NCBI GenBank assembly: GCA_963744995.1
Contig: CAVUWA010000010.1
Coordinates: 64,001-128,000, forward strand
DNA: 64,000 nucleotides
Direction: 5' to 3'
Source of the DNA: Candidatus Eiseniibacteriota bacterium
GTDB lineage: Bacteria > Eisenbacteria > RBG-16-71-46
Shown here: in pieces, positions 19,056 to 28,471 of the stretch
Numbering within the stretch: the stretch's first letter is position 1
How the letters are laid out: the number at the start of each line of letters is the position of its first letter
The notes under the pieces: model-generated
The model's input: only the letters and a program-made list of their open reading frames with translations
What the model was told of the DNA's origin: nothing
Databases searched by the model: none
Made by a program: the position numbers and the translations under genes

Positions 19056-19454
19056 CTAGTCTTTCGCTTTGTCGCCCGTCGCGCGTTCGGCCGACTTGCG
19101 CTCGACCGCCTTGCCGATGACGTCGCCCATCTTCTCGAACACCGACGCCGTCGCGCCGCGGATGCCCTCGACGTGCACGCCGTCCTTGTCGATGATGATC
19201 ACGCCGACCGGCCTGACCCCGCCACCGCCGCCCGTGCCGCCGCCGGTGCCCTCGCCGCGCGGGTTGGCGCCGCCCTTCGCGGGCCCGGTTCCGCTGCCGG
19301 CACCGCCGCCCGCGCCGAAGCCGAAGCCCAGGCTCACGAGCGGAATCACCGTCCGCCCCTGCGCCTCGATCGGCGCGCCGACCACGCGCTTCGAGTCGAG
19401 CATCTCTTCGATTTCACCCATCGTCACCTTGACCAGCTGTTCGACGTCCTGCAT
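19056..19454 (-). CDS. ytfJ: YtfJ/GerW family protein
   Basis: VVGAPIEAQGRTVIPLVSLGFGFGAGGG...GGGGGVRPVGVIII; GAGGAGGAG RBS. Confidence 0.85.
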   Translation of the reverse strand: MQDVEQLVKVTMGEIEEMLDSKRVVGAPIEAQGRTVIPLVSLGFGFGAGGGAGSGTGPAKGGANPRGEGTGGGTGGGGGVRPVGVIIIDKDGVHVEGIRGATASVFEKMGDVIGKAVERKSAERATGDKAKD

Positions 19455-19517
19455 GACACTCCTCCTCTTCCGGGTCCTTCGGGCGCGATCGCGCGCCGAC
19501 ACTCCGACCATAAGACC

Positions 19518-20069
19518 TCAGGCAAGGTCCGCGGCCCCTCCGGCCGCCCGCATCACCCGCTCCGCCTGCGCCCGGTGCCGGTCGATGTGAAAGCGCAGAA
19601 ACTCGATGCGCTGCCGCGCATCGAGCGGGCCCGAGATCACGTGGGGATAGATCACGCCGTCGATGTCGAGCCCGTCGAGCGCCCGCTCGATTCCCGCCAG
19701 CACCAGCGAGCACGAGCGCAGCGATGCGACCCAGAAATCGAGCGGGCCGCCCCACTCGGGGCGCGCGCTCGCGGGTGCCGTCTCCCGCGGCTGCCAGGTG
19801 CGTTCGATGATCTGCTCGATCGCAAGTCCCGCGTTCTCCGACTCCCCCGTCCACTCCGGCCGGCCGCGGCGCAGGCCGTCGGCCGCCGTCCAGATGAGGC
19901 TGATCCCGGCGTGCTCGGCGCGGTAGAGATGCTCGGTGATTTCGGCGATCGACCATTCGTCGGGCGAGGGCTTGAAGTCGCCCGTGGCATTGCCGAGGCC
20001 CGCGACGAGCTTCACGTAGTCGCGGCGCGCCAGTTCGACGTCGGCGATCAGTTCCGGAACGCTGCGCAT
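19518..20069 (-). CDS. DinB family protein
   Basis: FKPSPDEWSIAEITEHL, YPHVISGPLD, FHIDRHRAQ His triad; GGAGGAGG RBS. Confidence 0.85.
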   Translation of the reverse strand: MRSVPELIADVELARRDYVKLVAGLGNATGDFKPSPDEWSIAEITEHLYRAEHAGISLIWTAADGLRRGRPEWTGESENAGLAIEQIIERTWQPRETAPASARPEWGGPLDFWVASLRSCSLVLAGIERALDGLDIDGVIYPHVISGPLDARQRIEFLRFHIDRHRAQAERVMRAAGGAADLA

Positions 20070-20219
20070 GCGGCCTCCTCCGCGGGCGGCTCGGCGCTGA
20101 CGCAAGAGCCGCAAGGTGCGGACCCCGTCGCCGGGCGCGAGCCGGGCGAAGTATACGCCCGGCGGAGCGCGCGAACCGTCGGCGCGGCGGTCGCTCCATG
20201 TGACCACGTGCTGTCCCGC
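20067..20219 (-). repeat. Orphan CTD-tail + RBS + ATG unit, copy A
   Basis: Encodes AGQHVVTWSDRRADGSRAPPGVYFARLAPGDGVRTLRLLRQR and then GGAGGAGGCCGCATG; 153-bp direct repeat of 20814-20966. Confidence 0.9.
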
Positions 20220-20228
20220 CGGGATCTC

Positions 20229-20687
20229 TCACCGATGATCCGCTGGCGATTGCTTCACGGTGACGAACCAGCGCGACTTCCGCATGCTCCAGACGACGAT
20301 GGTGAGAGCGGAGAGGAACACGGGAATGACCGGACCACGGGGAACAGATACGGGCAGGACCAGCAGGAGCAACAAGATTGGAATGACGAGAAACCCCGCT
20401 GCCATCCACGCCAGGAACAGATATCCAACACGCTCCCAGGGTCGCCATTGCCCGCGCTCCGAGATCATGCACAGCGCAACAGCGAAGAGCATGGTCAGGA
20501 TGATCCACGCCGGCACGGGAGCGGCGAACGCATTCGCCAGTGTCGTGGGGCCGTCAGTCGACGAAGGGCGAGCGCGGGCAGGGCCTCCCAGTCCACCCAT
20601 CGCGACACCCAATAGGGTCACACATGTGTAGAACATGACTCCGAGCCAGGCCCTTACAGGCCTCCAGCGATAACGGGTTCGAAGCAT
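20229..20687 (-). CDS. Hypothetical membrane protein (~4 TM)
   Basis: 152-aa ORF with several hydrophobic segments; more A/T-rich codons than its neighbours; lies between the two 153-bp repeats. Confidence 0.5.
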   Translation of the reverse strand: MLRTRYRWRPVRAWLGVMFYTCVTLLGVAMGGLGGPARARPSSTDGPTTLANAFAAPVPAWIILTMLFAVALCMISERGQWRPWERVGYLFLAWMAAGFLVIPILLLLLVLPVSVPRGPVIPVFLSALTIVVWSMRKSRWFVTVKQSPADHR

Positions 20688-20813
20688 GGAGCGTTTCTCC
20701 CTGCGATTCGATCCGCGGCGATGTCATCGTCGTGTTGTCCTTCGAGCACGTGATCCAGCGTCCCGATCGCGGGACCGACTCGCCATGAAACCGCAGACGA
20801 TCGCAGCACCCGC

Positions 20814-20966
20814 CATGCGGCCTCCTCCGCGGGCGGCTCGGTGCAGGCGCACGAGCGGCAAGGTGCGGACGCCCTCGCCGGCCGCGAGCCGGGCGAAGTA
20901 TACGCCCGGCGGAACGCGCGAACCGTCCGCGCGGCGGTCGCTCCACGTGACCGCGTGCTGGCCCGC
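20814..20966 (-). repeat. Orphan CTD-tail + RBS + ATG unit, copy B
   Basis: AGQHAVTWSDRRADGSRVPPGVYFARLAAGEGVRTLPLVRLH and then GGAGGAGGCCGCATG; about 13 mismatches versus copy A in a manual alignment. Confidence 0.9.
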
Positions 20967-20968
20967 GC

Positions 20969-21069
20969 CCGCGGACCGGACGCACGGCTTCAGCACGGGG
21001 CGCCGGGGGGATTTCAGGGTGGACAGGGCTCGAGGCGGGCGCAGGCTGCGTGTGGCGGGCGTGAGAGTC
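20969..21069 (+). repeat. Dispersed non-coding element, copy 3
   Basis: GGACCGGACGCACGGCTTCAGCACGGGGCGCC...GGATTTCAGGGTGGACAGGGCTCGAGGCGGGCGCAGGCTGCGTGTGGCGGGCGTGAGAGTC; homologous to 17402-17502. Confidence 0.8.
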
Positions 21070-21330
21070 CATATTCATGTTTCTTGTTCCAGTAGTGGGG
21101 AGCAGACGAGCGGTGCGAACGAGGTGATCGGGGTGCGATAGCCTGACGTTTCCAGGGCCGGTGTGCCCTCTCGGGTATTTCACGCCCGGGGAACTCCGGA
21201 CGGCGGCTCCGAATCCCGTTGCAACTCGAGCGGCGACAGAGTCTGCTGTCCGGGACAAGCCGCCTCCGCAACACGGGTTCGACCGGGGCGGCCCATCCAG
21301 TTGCCCCGGTTTAGGCGAAGAGAGGAGCGG

Positions 21331-22296
21331 ATGCGCGCCATCGTGGTGAGATCGCTTGGCGGTCCCGAGGTGCTGAAGCTCGAAGACATCCCCGAGCCCG
21401 CATCACCCGGGCCAGGCGAGGTGCTGGTCAAAGTCGAGGCTGCAGGGGTCAACTTCGCCGACACGGAGCGACGACGCGGTGTTTATTCCGCGCCGCCGCT
21501 CCCGTGGATTCCCGGGCGGGAGGCCGCAGGCGTGGTCGTGGCCGCCGGGCCGGGTGTCGACCCGACGCTGGTCGGCGCCCGGGTCTCGTATTTCGCGCCC
21601 CGGGCGAGCGGCTCCTACGCGGAACGGGCCACGGTCCCGGCGCGCGCGCTGTTCCGATTCCGGAACGAGCTGCCGTTCGACGTGATGGCTGCTCTGCCGC
21701 AACAGGGGCTGACGGCTCACGGCGTGCTGCGTCTCGCGGCCATGAAGCCGGGGCAGATCGCACTGGTGCTCGCGGCGGCCGGCGGCGTGGGAACGATCCT
21801 CGTGCAGCTCGCCCGTCTCGCGGGCGCGCGCGTGATCGGCGTCGTTTCCACGCCGGAGAAAGGGAGCGTCGTCGCCGCGCTCGGCGCCGAGGTGATCGCG
21901 GGATACGAGGGGTTCGACGAAGCGGCGCGCTCACTGACGAATGGACGTGGCGTCGACGTGGTTTTCGATTCCGTCGGCCGCGCGACGCAGGCGGCGAGCC
22001 TCGCGTCGCTCGCCCGCTACGGCCAGCTCGCCAACTACGGAGATGCGAGCGGTCTGCCGCCGCCGATCGACGTGGACGCACTCTACGGCCGCTCGCTGCG
22101 CGTCGGAGCGTTTGGACTCGACATCGACCTCGACATCGAAGGTACGGAACTCGCCCGCCACGACCTCGTCGCCGCGCTCGAAGGCGGCCGGCTGCAGCTC
22201 AACGTTTCGCGGTCCTTCGCACTCGCCGAAGCCGCTGCCGCCCACGCCGAGATCGAGGGCCGCAGGACCACCGGGAAGATGGTTCTCGTTCCCTGA
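21331..22296 (+). CDS. NADPH:quinone oxidoreductase (zinc-independent MDR family)
   Basis: GGPEVL, AAGVNFAD, PWIPGREAAG, AAAGGVG, GVDVVFDSVG, RRTTGKMVL; GAGGAG RBS. Confidence 0.9.
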   Translation: MRAIVVRSLGGPEVLKLEDIPEPASPGPGEVLVKVEAAGVNFADTERRRGVYSAPPLPWIPGREAAGVVVAAGPGVDPTLVGARVSYFAPRASGSYAERATVPARALFRFRNELPFDVMAALPQQGLTAHGVLRLAAMKPGQIALVLAAAGGVGTILVQLARLAGARVIGVVSTPEKGSVVAALGAEVIAGYEGFDEAARSLTNGRGVDVVFDSVGRATQAASLASLARYGQLANYGDASGLPPPIDVDALYGRSLRVGAFGLDIDLDIEGTELARHDLVAALEGGRLQLNVSRSFALAEAAAAHAEIEGRRTTGKMVLVP

Positions 22297-22697
22297 CCGC
22301 CGGACCCGTGCCGCCCGCACCATTCCCCGCACCCGGCTCCGCTCGAGGCAGAAGGCATTGGCCCGGGATGTTCATATGGCGAGCCTCGGGGGCTTGCCTT
22401 CCACGAAGCCCGCGGTATTGCTGGCCGAACCCGGCCCCGCAGCGGCACAACGCTACCGGGCACTTCGATCCGCTCAGCGCAACGCCGCTTTGATCCAATC
22501 TGACCGGTTCGGGCCTTGTGATCACGAGCCTGTCCGAGTGGGACAGCGAGGGCGGTTGCAGCGACACAGGATGAGGGCTGCTCATCGGCGGAATCGTCGT
22601 GAGCAGCGTCGGCGACTGGATGCGGTCCAACGCTCGAGAGCACGTGTCCCGCGCGGACTCGGGGGACCACAGACCCTTCGCCGAGAAAGCTTTCCTC

Positions 22698-22726
22698 TGG
22701 AGTCTCGCGCGCTCGGGCGGTAGGCT
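22698..22726 (+). promoter_or_regulatory. Promoter-like TGGAGT-N17-TAGGCT
   Basis: Nearly the same hexamers and the same spacing as the dispersed element core, 55 bp upstream of ATG 22782. Confidence 0.5.
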
Positions 22727-22781
22727 TCTGAAGTCACCCTCCCCCCGACGCGCGCAGTCCCCGCTGCGCAGAGGAGGATCC

Positions 22782-25595
22782 ATGCAGCTTCCTCGGCGAC
22801 TCCAACCCGTTGTGATGATGACGGTTGTGCTCCTCGCAACGCCCATGCTCTCATGGGCCGCCGCCTCCCACGGGGGCACCGACGTCGTGGCCCACGAGTT
22901 CACACCCGCCACGGCATTTGGGGCGGACATGGACATTGCGAGCAATGGCGACATCTATGCCGTCAACAAATTTGCGACCATGACCAACTCGGAGATCTCG
23001 GTCTGGCGGTCGCAGGACGGCGGTGAGTCGTGGAGTCTCTGGGGATCATTTTCACTTCCGTCCGGCGACGGCACCGGTGACCCCACGATCTGCATCGCGG
23101 AGGGCGATGCGGATCGGGTCTTCGTTGCCTATCGAAGGTTCGGGGACATCTGGGTGGCGCGCGCAGACCTCCATGCAGCCACCCCTGTCTTTTCCCATCA
23201 GATCGCGCTCGATTCACCCGACGATCTCGTCAAAGGTCGCATCGTGTCGGACGCGGCCGACTACTCCGCATACTTTCTCTACATCGTAGCCGGGGAGAGC
23301 ACGCTTCCTGCCGACGTTTACTTCGCTCGTTCCACGAACATGGGCGACAGCTGGGATACGGAGTACATCATCGGCCCCGCCAACGGACCGGAAGACGCCT
23401 ATGCCGAACCGCAGCTCTCGTACAGCCGGAGCGTGCTTCACTGTGTCATGTCGTTCACTGACGTCAATGCGCCATATCCGGACTCCCGCCTGCGCTATCG
23501 CCGCATGGTGAATTTTGGTGCCAACGGTCTCGCCGATTGGAGCACGGCGACCGACGTAACGACGGGCGCCGACAATCTTCGCCATGGCAGTATCGAGATC
23601 GCGTCTTCAGAGGTGTCCAGCAAGGTAATCATCGCCGCCACGACGGATTCGCTCGGAGTGTCCTCGCCCGATCCTTTCGCGCTCGTGAGGAGTTCCTCGG
23701 ATGCCGGTCTGACGTGGCCGGGCGCCAACGAGGCCCGGATTCCCGACTGCCTTGTGTCGGGTTCAGTTGCACTCCCGAGCGGGGGCTTCGGGCTGGCGAC
23801 CGTCTCGACGTATCCGTACAAGGCGCGAGTGAGCAGGGCGACCGACGGCAATCCGCTGTTCTGGACCACCACTCAGTTGTCGGATCGCGACGACGGCCAG
23901 GTTTTCGTCCAGGTCCCGCGCATCGACTACGACCTGACCCGTGGAGAACAGATCGGGATGACCTGGTTCCATCAGGACACCTCACCCTCGGACAGCATCA
24001 TGTTCGACGCCGAGTGGCGCGCTGCCACGGGCTTTCCCAGCGTTGCGGCGGGATTCCCCGTGGCGCTCGGTAGTGCGGTGGTCGTGGCGCCGGCGCTGGC
24101 AACGCTGGATGACGATTCCGAACTCGAGATCCTCGTCGGCACGGCCGACGGGATGCTGCACGCCTACAACCCGGATGGAACGCCCGTGCCGGGCTGGCCC
24201 GTGAACGTGGGAACCTGGCCGACGTCGACACCGCGCAACGGAACGATCGCGGCCGGCGACCTGAATGGCGACGGACGGGTCGAGGTGGTCGCGGGCTCGG
24301 GTGGAGGCGAAGTGGCCGTGTTTCGTAACGACGGTTCACCGGCTCCGGGCTGGCCGCTTCCAGTCAGCAATTCACCGGTGTTCGTGTCGATCGGGCGAAT
24401 CACGGAAGCCGCTCGCCGCAACGTCGTCGTGTGCACCAACGGCAACTTGTACGTCTACGAGCCGGATGGGTCCCTCGTCACGGGGTTCCCGGTCGCGCTG
24501 TCCGGGACCATCCCCGGTCCGGCTGCCATCGGCGATCTCGACGGCGATGGCGACAACGAGATGGTGGTTGCCACCGGCACGCATGTGGACGTGGTGTCGA
24601 AGACCGGATCGATTCTACTGTCGAAGCTTCTGTCGCCGGGCGACGCGGCCAGTGCACAGCCGTCGCTTGCCGACATGGATCTCGACGGTGATCTCGAGAT
24701 CGCCGCACCCACCTACGTCGGGCGGGTGCACCTGTTCGACTATCCAGGGGGAGCAGACCTTCCCGGGTGGCCGATCACCACGCCCCTCGGTGGCCCGATT
24801 TCGGCGATCGCGATCGCGAACAACTCCGGCACGCTCAACCCCGAACTGATCTTCGCGGAGCAGGATTCGACGCTGTATATGTACCATTACAATGGTGCGC
24901 TCAACTCGAACTGGCCCAAGCACACCGGCTACGGATGGAATCTCTATGGTGCGCCGACCATCGACTTCGTTGAGGACATCATTTCTTCCGATGTGCTGAT
25001 CGGTTCGCGCGACTCGAAGGGGCACGCCTTCCGCAACACGACCGGCGTCGTGCCGGGTTGGCCTCGCCTTCTCGGCGACCAGGTGGAGGTGGCCGCGGCA
25101 TCCGGTGACATCGACTTCGATGGAAATCTAGAAGTCGTATTCGGCGGTCTCAACGATCTGTGGGTGCTCGACGTCAATCAGACCGTTTCCAGGGATCAGC
25201 CGAATGAGATCTGGCCCATGTTCGCCTACAATGCCCAGCGCACATCCTGCCTGGCGTGCGAGCCGGATGTCGTCGTCGGAGTCGAGCCCTCACAACCATT
25301 GCCCGCGGAGCTTTCCTTTGCGCCGCCGATGCCCAATCCCACCTCAGGAAGCCAGGTATTCCGCTTTGCCCTGGCGACCGAGGCGCAGGTCCAGATCACG
25401 GTGTACGATGCCCACGGTAGAGTCGTGCGCGTTGCATTGAACCGTGCGATGCGGGCCGGCAGGCACAGTTTCGAATGGGACGGTCGGGATGGTTCCGGAC
25501 GTCCACTGCCGGCCGGTGTGTACTTCGCACGGCTCCAGACTTCGAGCGCCGGGGTTGCGGCTTCACGCACCCAGCGCCTCGTGGTTCTGCGCTGA
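22782..25595 (+). CDS. Secreted BNR/Asp-box propeller + FG-GAP repeat protein with FlgD-Ig/T9SS-A-like CTD
   Basis: SQDGGESW, STNMGDSW, SSDAGLTW Asp-boxes; GDLNGDGRVEVV / PGWP repeats; CTD MPNP...YDAHGRVVR...WDGRDGSG...AGVYFARL; GAGGAGG RBS. Confidence 0.88.
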   Translation: MQLPRRLQPVVMMTVVLLATPMLSWAAASHGGTDVVAHEFTPATAFGADMDIASNGDIYAVNKFATMTNSEISVWRSQDGGESWSLWGSFSLPSGDGTGDPTICIAEGDADRVFVAYRRFGDIWVARADLHAATPVFSHQIALDSPDDLVKGRIVSDAADYSAYFLYIVAGESTLPADVYFARSTNMGDSWDTEYIIGPANGPEDAYAEPQLSYSRSVLHCVMSFTDVNAPYPDSRLRYRRMVNFGANGLADWSTATDVTTGADNLRHGSIEIASSEVSSKVIIAATTDSLGVSSPDPFALVRSSSDAGLTWPGANEARIPDCLVSGSVALPSGGFGLATVSTYPYKARVSRATDGNPLFWTTTQLSDRDDGQVFVQVPRIDYDLTRGEQIGMTWFHQDTSPSDSIMFDAEWRAATGFPSVAAGFPVALGSAVVVAPALATLDDDSELEILVGTADGMLHAYNPDGTPVPGWPVNVGTWPTSTPRNGTIAAGDLNGDGRVEVVAGSGGGEVAVFRNDGSPAPGWPLPVSNSPVFVSIGRITEAARRNVVVCTNGNLYVYEPDGSLVTGFPVALSGTIPGPAAIGDLDGDGDNEMVVATGTHVDVVSKTGSILLSKLLSPGDAASAQPSLADMDLDGDLEIAAPTYVGRVHLFDYPGGADLPGWPITTPLGGPISAIAIANNSGTLNPELIFAEQDSTLYMYHYNGALNSNWPKHTGYGWNLYGAPTIDFVEDIISSDVLIGSRDSKGHAFRNTTGVVPGWPRLLGDQVEVAAASGDIDFDGNLEVVFGGLNDLWVLDVNQTVSRDQPNEIWPMFAYNAQRTSCLACEPDVVVGVEPSQPLPAELSFAPPMPNPTSGSQVFRFALATEAQVQITVYDAHGRVVRVALNRAMRAGRHSFEWDGRDGSGRPLPAGVYFARLQTSSAGVAASRTQRLVVLR

Positions 25596-25759
25596 TACGA
25601 ATCTGCCGGCACACGTGCACAGCAGCAGACACCCGGCGGCAATTGTTCAGGTCCTGCTGCGTCCCGGGGCGAAGAAACCTCGTCGGAGCCCGTTTGCGAT
25701 GCCAGGATCCCCACCCCCAGCCGCCCTCGACCGGCCCCGCCCCGTGCACTGCCAGGGAC

Positions 25760-28285
25760 CTACAGGCGCACGATGCGACGCGACGCGACGAAATCCTGCC
25801 CCACAATCCTCACGAAGTAGATCCCACTCGCCGCGGCGGCTCCCGGCGCGGCGCTCGTGCCACCGTTCCAGATGATGGACTGGGCACCGGCGCGCATCCG
25901 GGCCTCGGGCGAACTCCACACCCGGCGACCGGCGATGTCGATGACTTCCACTCGAACGTTCTGTTCGGCGGGCAGGCTGAAGGCGAACGACACGCGGTCG
26001 ACGAATGGATTCGGCCATGCCCTGAGCCTGTTCGTCGTGACCAGGCGGGCCGGATCCACCTTGGCGGTCATGGTCGGGAAGTGGTACCCGCCGAAGAACG
26101 CCATCGGTTGGCCATCCAGCGAGCCGAATGTGCCTCCGATGTACACGTCATCTTCGTTCGCGTGGAGGCAGGAGATATTGAACGAACCCTCATGGTCCGG
26201 ATTCCACGCCAGCACTTCGCCGGTCACGGCATCGACCGCAGCGAGCCCGATGCGGGATTGCCCGCCCACCGTGGTGAACGCTCCGCCGATGCAGACGAAG
26301 CCCGCTCCTTCCCCGATCAGCGTGGCGGTGCCGTTGAGGCTCGGCGTCCAGTCGAGCGCCTCGGCCGTCAGCGGATCCAGCGCGGCGAGCCAGCTCTGCG
26401 GCTGTCCACCGATCGAGGTGAACTGTCCGCCGGCATAGATTCGGGTCGGGGTGGCGAGAAGGGCGGAGACATCGTCGTTTGGATCGGGGTCCCAGGTGAA
26501 GTCCGCCTGACTCGTCAGGGTATCCAGTGCGGCCAGGCTGTGCCGGTAGAGGCCGCCGATATACCCGAACCGCCCGCCCACGAAGAGTCGAGAGCCTCGA
26601 AGACTCAGCGCATTCACGGCGTTGAGGTTGCCGGGCGCGTCGCTGGGACGCGGGTCCCAGTCACCGATTCCCGCGCCCGTGTTGCGCTCCACCGCCCCGA
26701 GATCGGTCCTCGAGACGCCACCCGGCAGCATCATCGTCAGGTCCCCACCCAGGAAGATCATCGAACCCGAAGGCTCCAGGGCATAGAGGTAGTTCGAGGG
26801 CGCGAAGCTGGACCCGCCGAATCCGGGCAGGGCGAGACCCGTGACGGAATCGAGTGCCGCGAGCTGCGGCCCGCCGACACCGCCAATGGAGTTGAACGAC
26901 CCGCTCGCGTACACGGTGGCATCCCGAGTGCGCAGCTGAAGCACGTCCCCCGAAGCGTTCGGATTCCAGGAAGTCGGTATGCCGGTCGTCGCATCGAGCG
27001 CGGCGATTCTGTTCCGCGTGACGGCATTCATGCTGCGAAAGGTGCCACCCGCGAAGATGGAGGTGCCGTCCGAGGCGAGCGCGTTGAGCTCGCCTCCCGC
27101 GTGGGGATCCCATGCGGTGGCTTGCGCCGTCATGGTGTCCAGGGCGGCGATGCACGTTCTGGACTGCGCGCCGATGGTCTTGAAGGACCCCCCTGCCAGA
27201 AGCCTGGGGCCATGAAAGGCCAGGGTGCGAATGCGCGTGCCGTTGAACGGACCTCCGCCCGCGTTCGGGTTCCAGGGCGTGACGGCGCCCGTCGCTGAGT
27301 CAACGGCAGCGAGGTAGTTCCGTTGCGCCCCGCTGAAGAAGCTCGTGAAGTCACCTCCCATATAGACGACTCCGTTCCGTGCGACGACCGCTCTGACCGT
27401 GCCCAGCTGGCGTGGGTACCAGGCGCTCGCCAGCCCCGTCACCGCGTTCAGGGCCCCGAGGCTCGAGCGCGTCTGCCCCCCGATCTGCGTGAAATCACCC
27501 CAGGCATACACATCGGGGCCGTTGCGCAGCACGCCGTTCACCTGCAGGTTGGCATTCGGATTCCACGCTGTTGCGGCACCCGTCAGGGTGTCGATCTCCG
27601 CGATGCGGTTGCGAAGCTGTCCGCCGATCTGGGTGAAGCGCCCGCCGGCGTACAGGGTGTTCAGGCCGACCGCGATGGACACGACCTCCACATTGGCGTT
27701 CGCGTCCCAGGCCGTCGCCAGGCCGGTGCTCCGATCCACCGCCGCGATGTTGTTGCGCGCCTGCCCGCCCGCGCTGGAAAAGAACCCTCCGAGGAAGATC
27801 TGGCTGCCCCAGACGACGATCGTGTTGACCCGCAACGCCCCGCCGCTCTGGACGTTCGGATTCCATTCCGAGATCGTGTGGTCGGCCTTGATGTGCGCGG
27901 CGCATGATCTCGCGGCGCCGTTGATCGCCGTGAAATTGCCACCGATGTACCAGCCGCCGGCGCCGTCCGGTGCCGCGGCCAGCACGTCTCCCCGGACTTT
28001 CGGATAGCCGGTCGGGACCATGCCCGCGGTCGGATCGACAACGACACCACTTCCCGTCGGCGGCCCGATCTCGGTGAAGCGGCCGCCGAGGTAGATCGTG
28101 TTGCCCGACCGGATGATGGCGCTCACGAAGCTGCTCGGGACCCACAGGGTCGTGTCGAGGACCTGCGCTTGCGCAGGGCCGGGAAGCGAGCTGAGAAACA
28201 GGGATGCCAGCAGCCCGGCCGGAATCCGAATCATGGAGCGGAGTCCGGTACGGAGGATACTGAGAGATCGAACAGGTGCCGGCAT
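25760..28285 (-). CDS. Secreted beta-propeller repeat protein (YxGGxFTxIGGQxRxxLAA repeats) with FlgD-Ig/T9SS-A-like CTD
   Basis: More than 10 repeats of LYAGGxF..IGGQ.R..IAA.D..TG....WNPNA; CTD WPNPF...DIAGRRVW...SGIYFVRI. Start uncertain (28285 or 28234). Confidence 0.85.
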   Translation of the reverse strand: MPAPVRSLSILRTGLRSMIRIPAGLLASLFLSSLPGPAQAQVLDTTLWVPSSFVSAIIRSGNTIYLGGRFTEIGPPTGSGVVVDPTAGMVPTGYPKVRGDVLAAAPDGAGGWYIGGNFTAINGAARSCAAHIKADHTISEWNPNVQSGGALRVNTIVVWGSQIFLGGFFSSAGGQARNNIAAVDRSTGLATAWDANANVEVVSIAVGLNTLYAGGRFTQIGGQLRNRIAEIDTLTGAATAWNPNANLQVNGVLRNGPDVYAWGDFTQIGGQTRSSLGALNAVTGLASAWYPRQLGTVRAVVARNGVVYMGGDFTSFFSGAQRNYLAAVDSATGAVTPWNPNAGGGPFNGTRIRTLAFHGPRLLAGGSFKTIGAQSRTCIAALDTMTAQATAWDPHAGGELNALASDGTSIFAGGTFRSMNAVTRNRIAALDATTGIPTSWNPNASGDVLQLRTRDATVYASGSFNSIGGVGGPQLAALDSVTGLALPGFGGSSFAPSNYLYALEPSGSMIFLGGDLTMMLPGGVSRTDLGAVERNTGAGIGDWDPRPSDAPGNLNAVNALSLRGSRLFVGGRFGYIGGLYRHSLAALDTLTSQADFTWDPDPNDDVSALLATPTRIYAGGQFTSIGGQPQSWLAALDPLTAEALDWTPSLNGTATLIGEGAGFVCIGGAFTTVGGQSRIGLAAVDAVTGEVLAWNPDHEGSFNISCLHANEDDVYIGGTFGSLDGQPMAFFGGYHFPTMTAKVDPARLVTTNRLRAWPNPFVDRVSFAFSLPAEQNVRVEVIDIAGRRVWSSPEARMRAGAQSIIWNGGTSAAPGAAAASGIYFVRIVGQDFVASRRIVRL

Positions 28286-28403
28286 TGGATGCGCCCTCGT
28301 GGTCGACGCGAACTGCAGCTCCGGGCAGCCGCCCGGGGCAGAGTCGGGTCCCCTGCAGCAATTACGTTCGCGAAGCACGAAACGAACGGATCAGGCGGCA
28401 GTT

Positions 28404-28471
28404 CTCGATGCGGTCGTAGGCTGGGTGCGGCGGGCGTGAGAGTGCTAGTTCATCGGCGGGCGTGAGAGTGC
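28404..28471 (+). repeat. Dispersed non-coding element, copy 4, with an internal duplication
   Basis: CTCGATGCGGTCGTAGGCTGGGTGCGGCGGGCGTGAGAGT; GGCGGGCGTGAGAGTGC occurs twice (28429-28445 and 28455-28471). Confidence 0.75.

Noticed and set aside
19518..20207. Genuine CTD-DinB fusion protein (229-aa ORF)
   Set aside because: The strong RBS sits directly before ATG 20069, and the upstream part is a truncated repeat without its own RBS. DinB is called from 20069.
25700..25750. Possible reverse-strand fifth copy of the dispersed element (also a 13-bp match at 40213-40225)
   Set aside because: The similarity is short and G-rich, so it could be chance at this GC content.
6253..28471. Dispersed element as an integron attC array
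   Set aside because: The copies are not palindromic, lack R/L boxes, and lie upstream of genes rather than after each cassette; no integron integrase is present.
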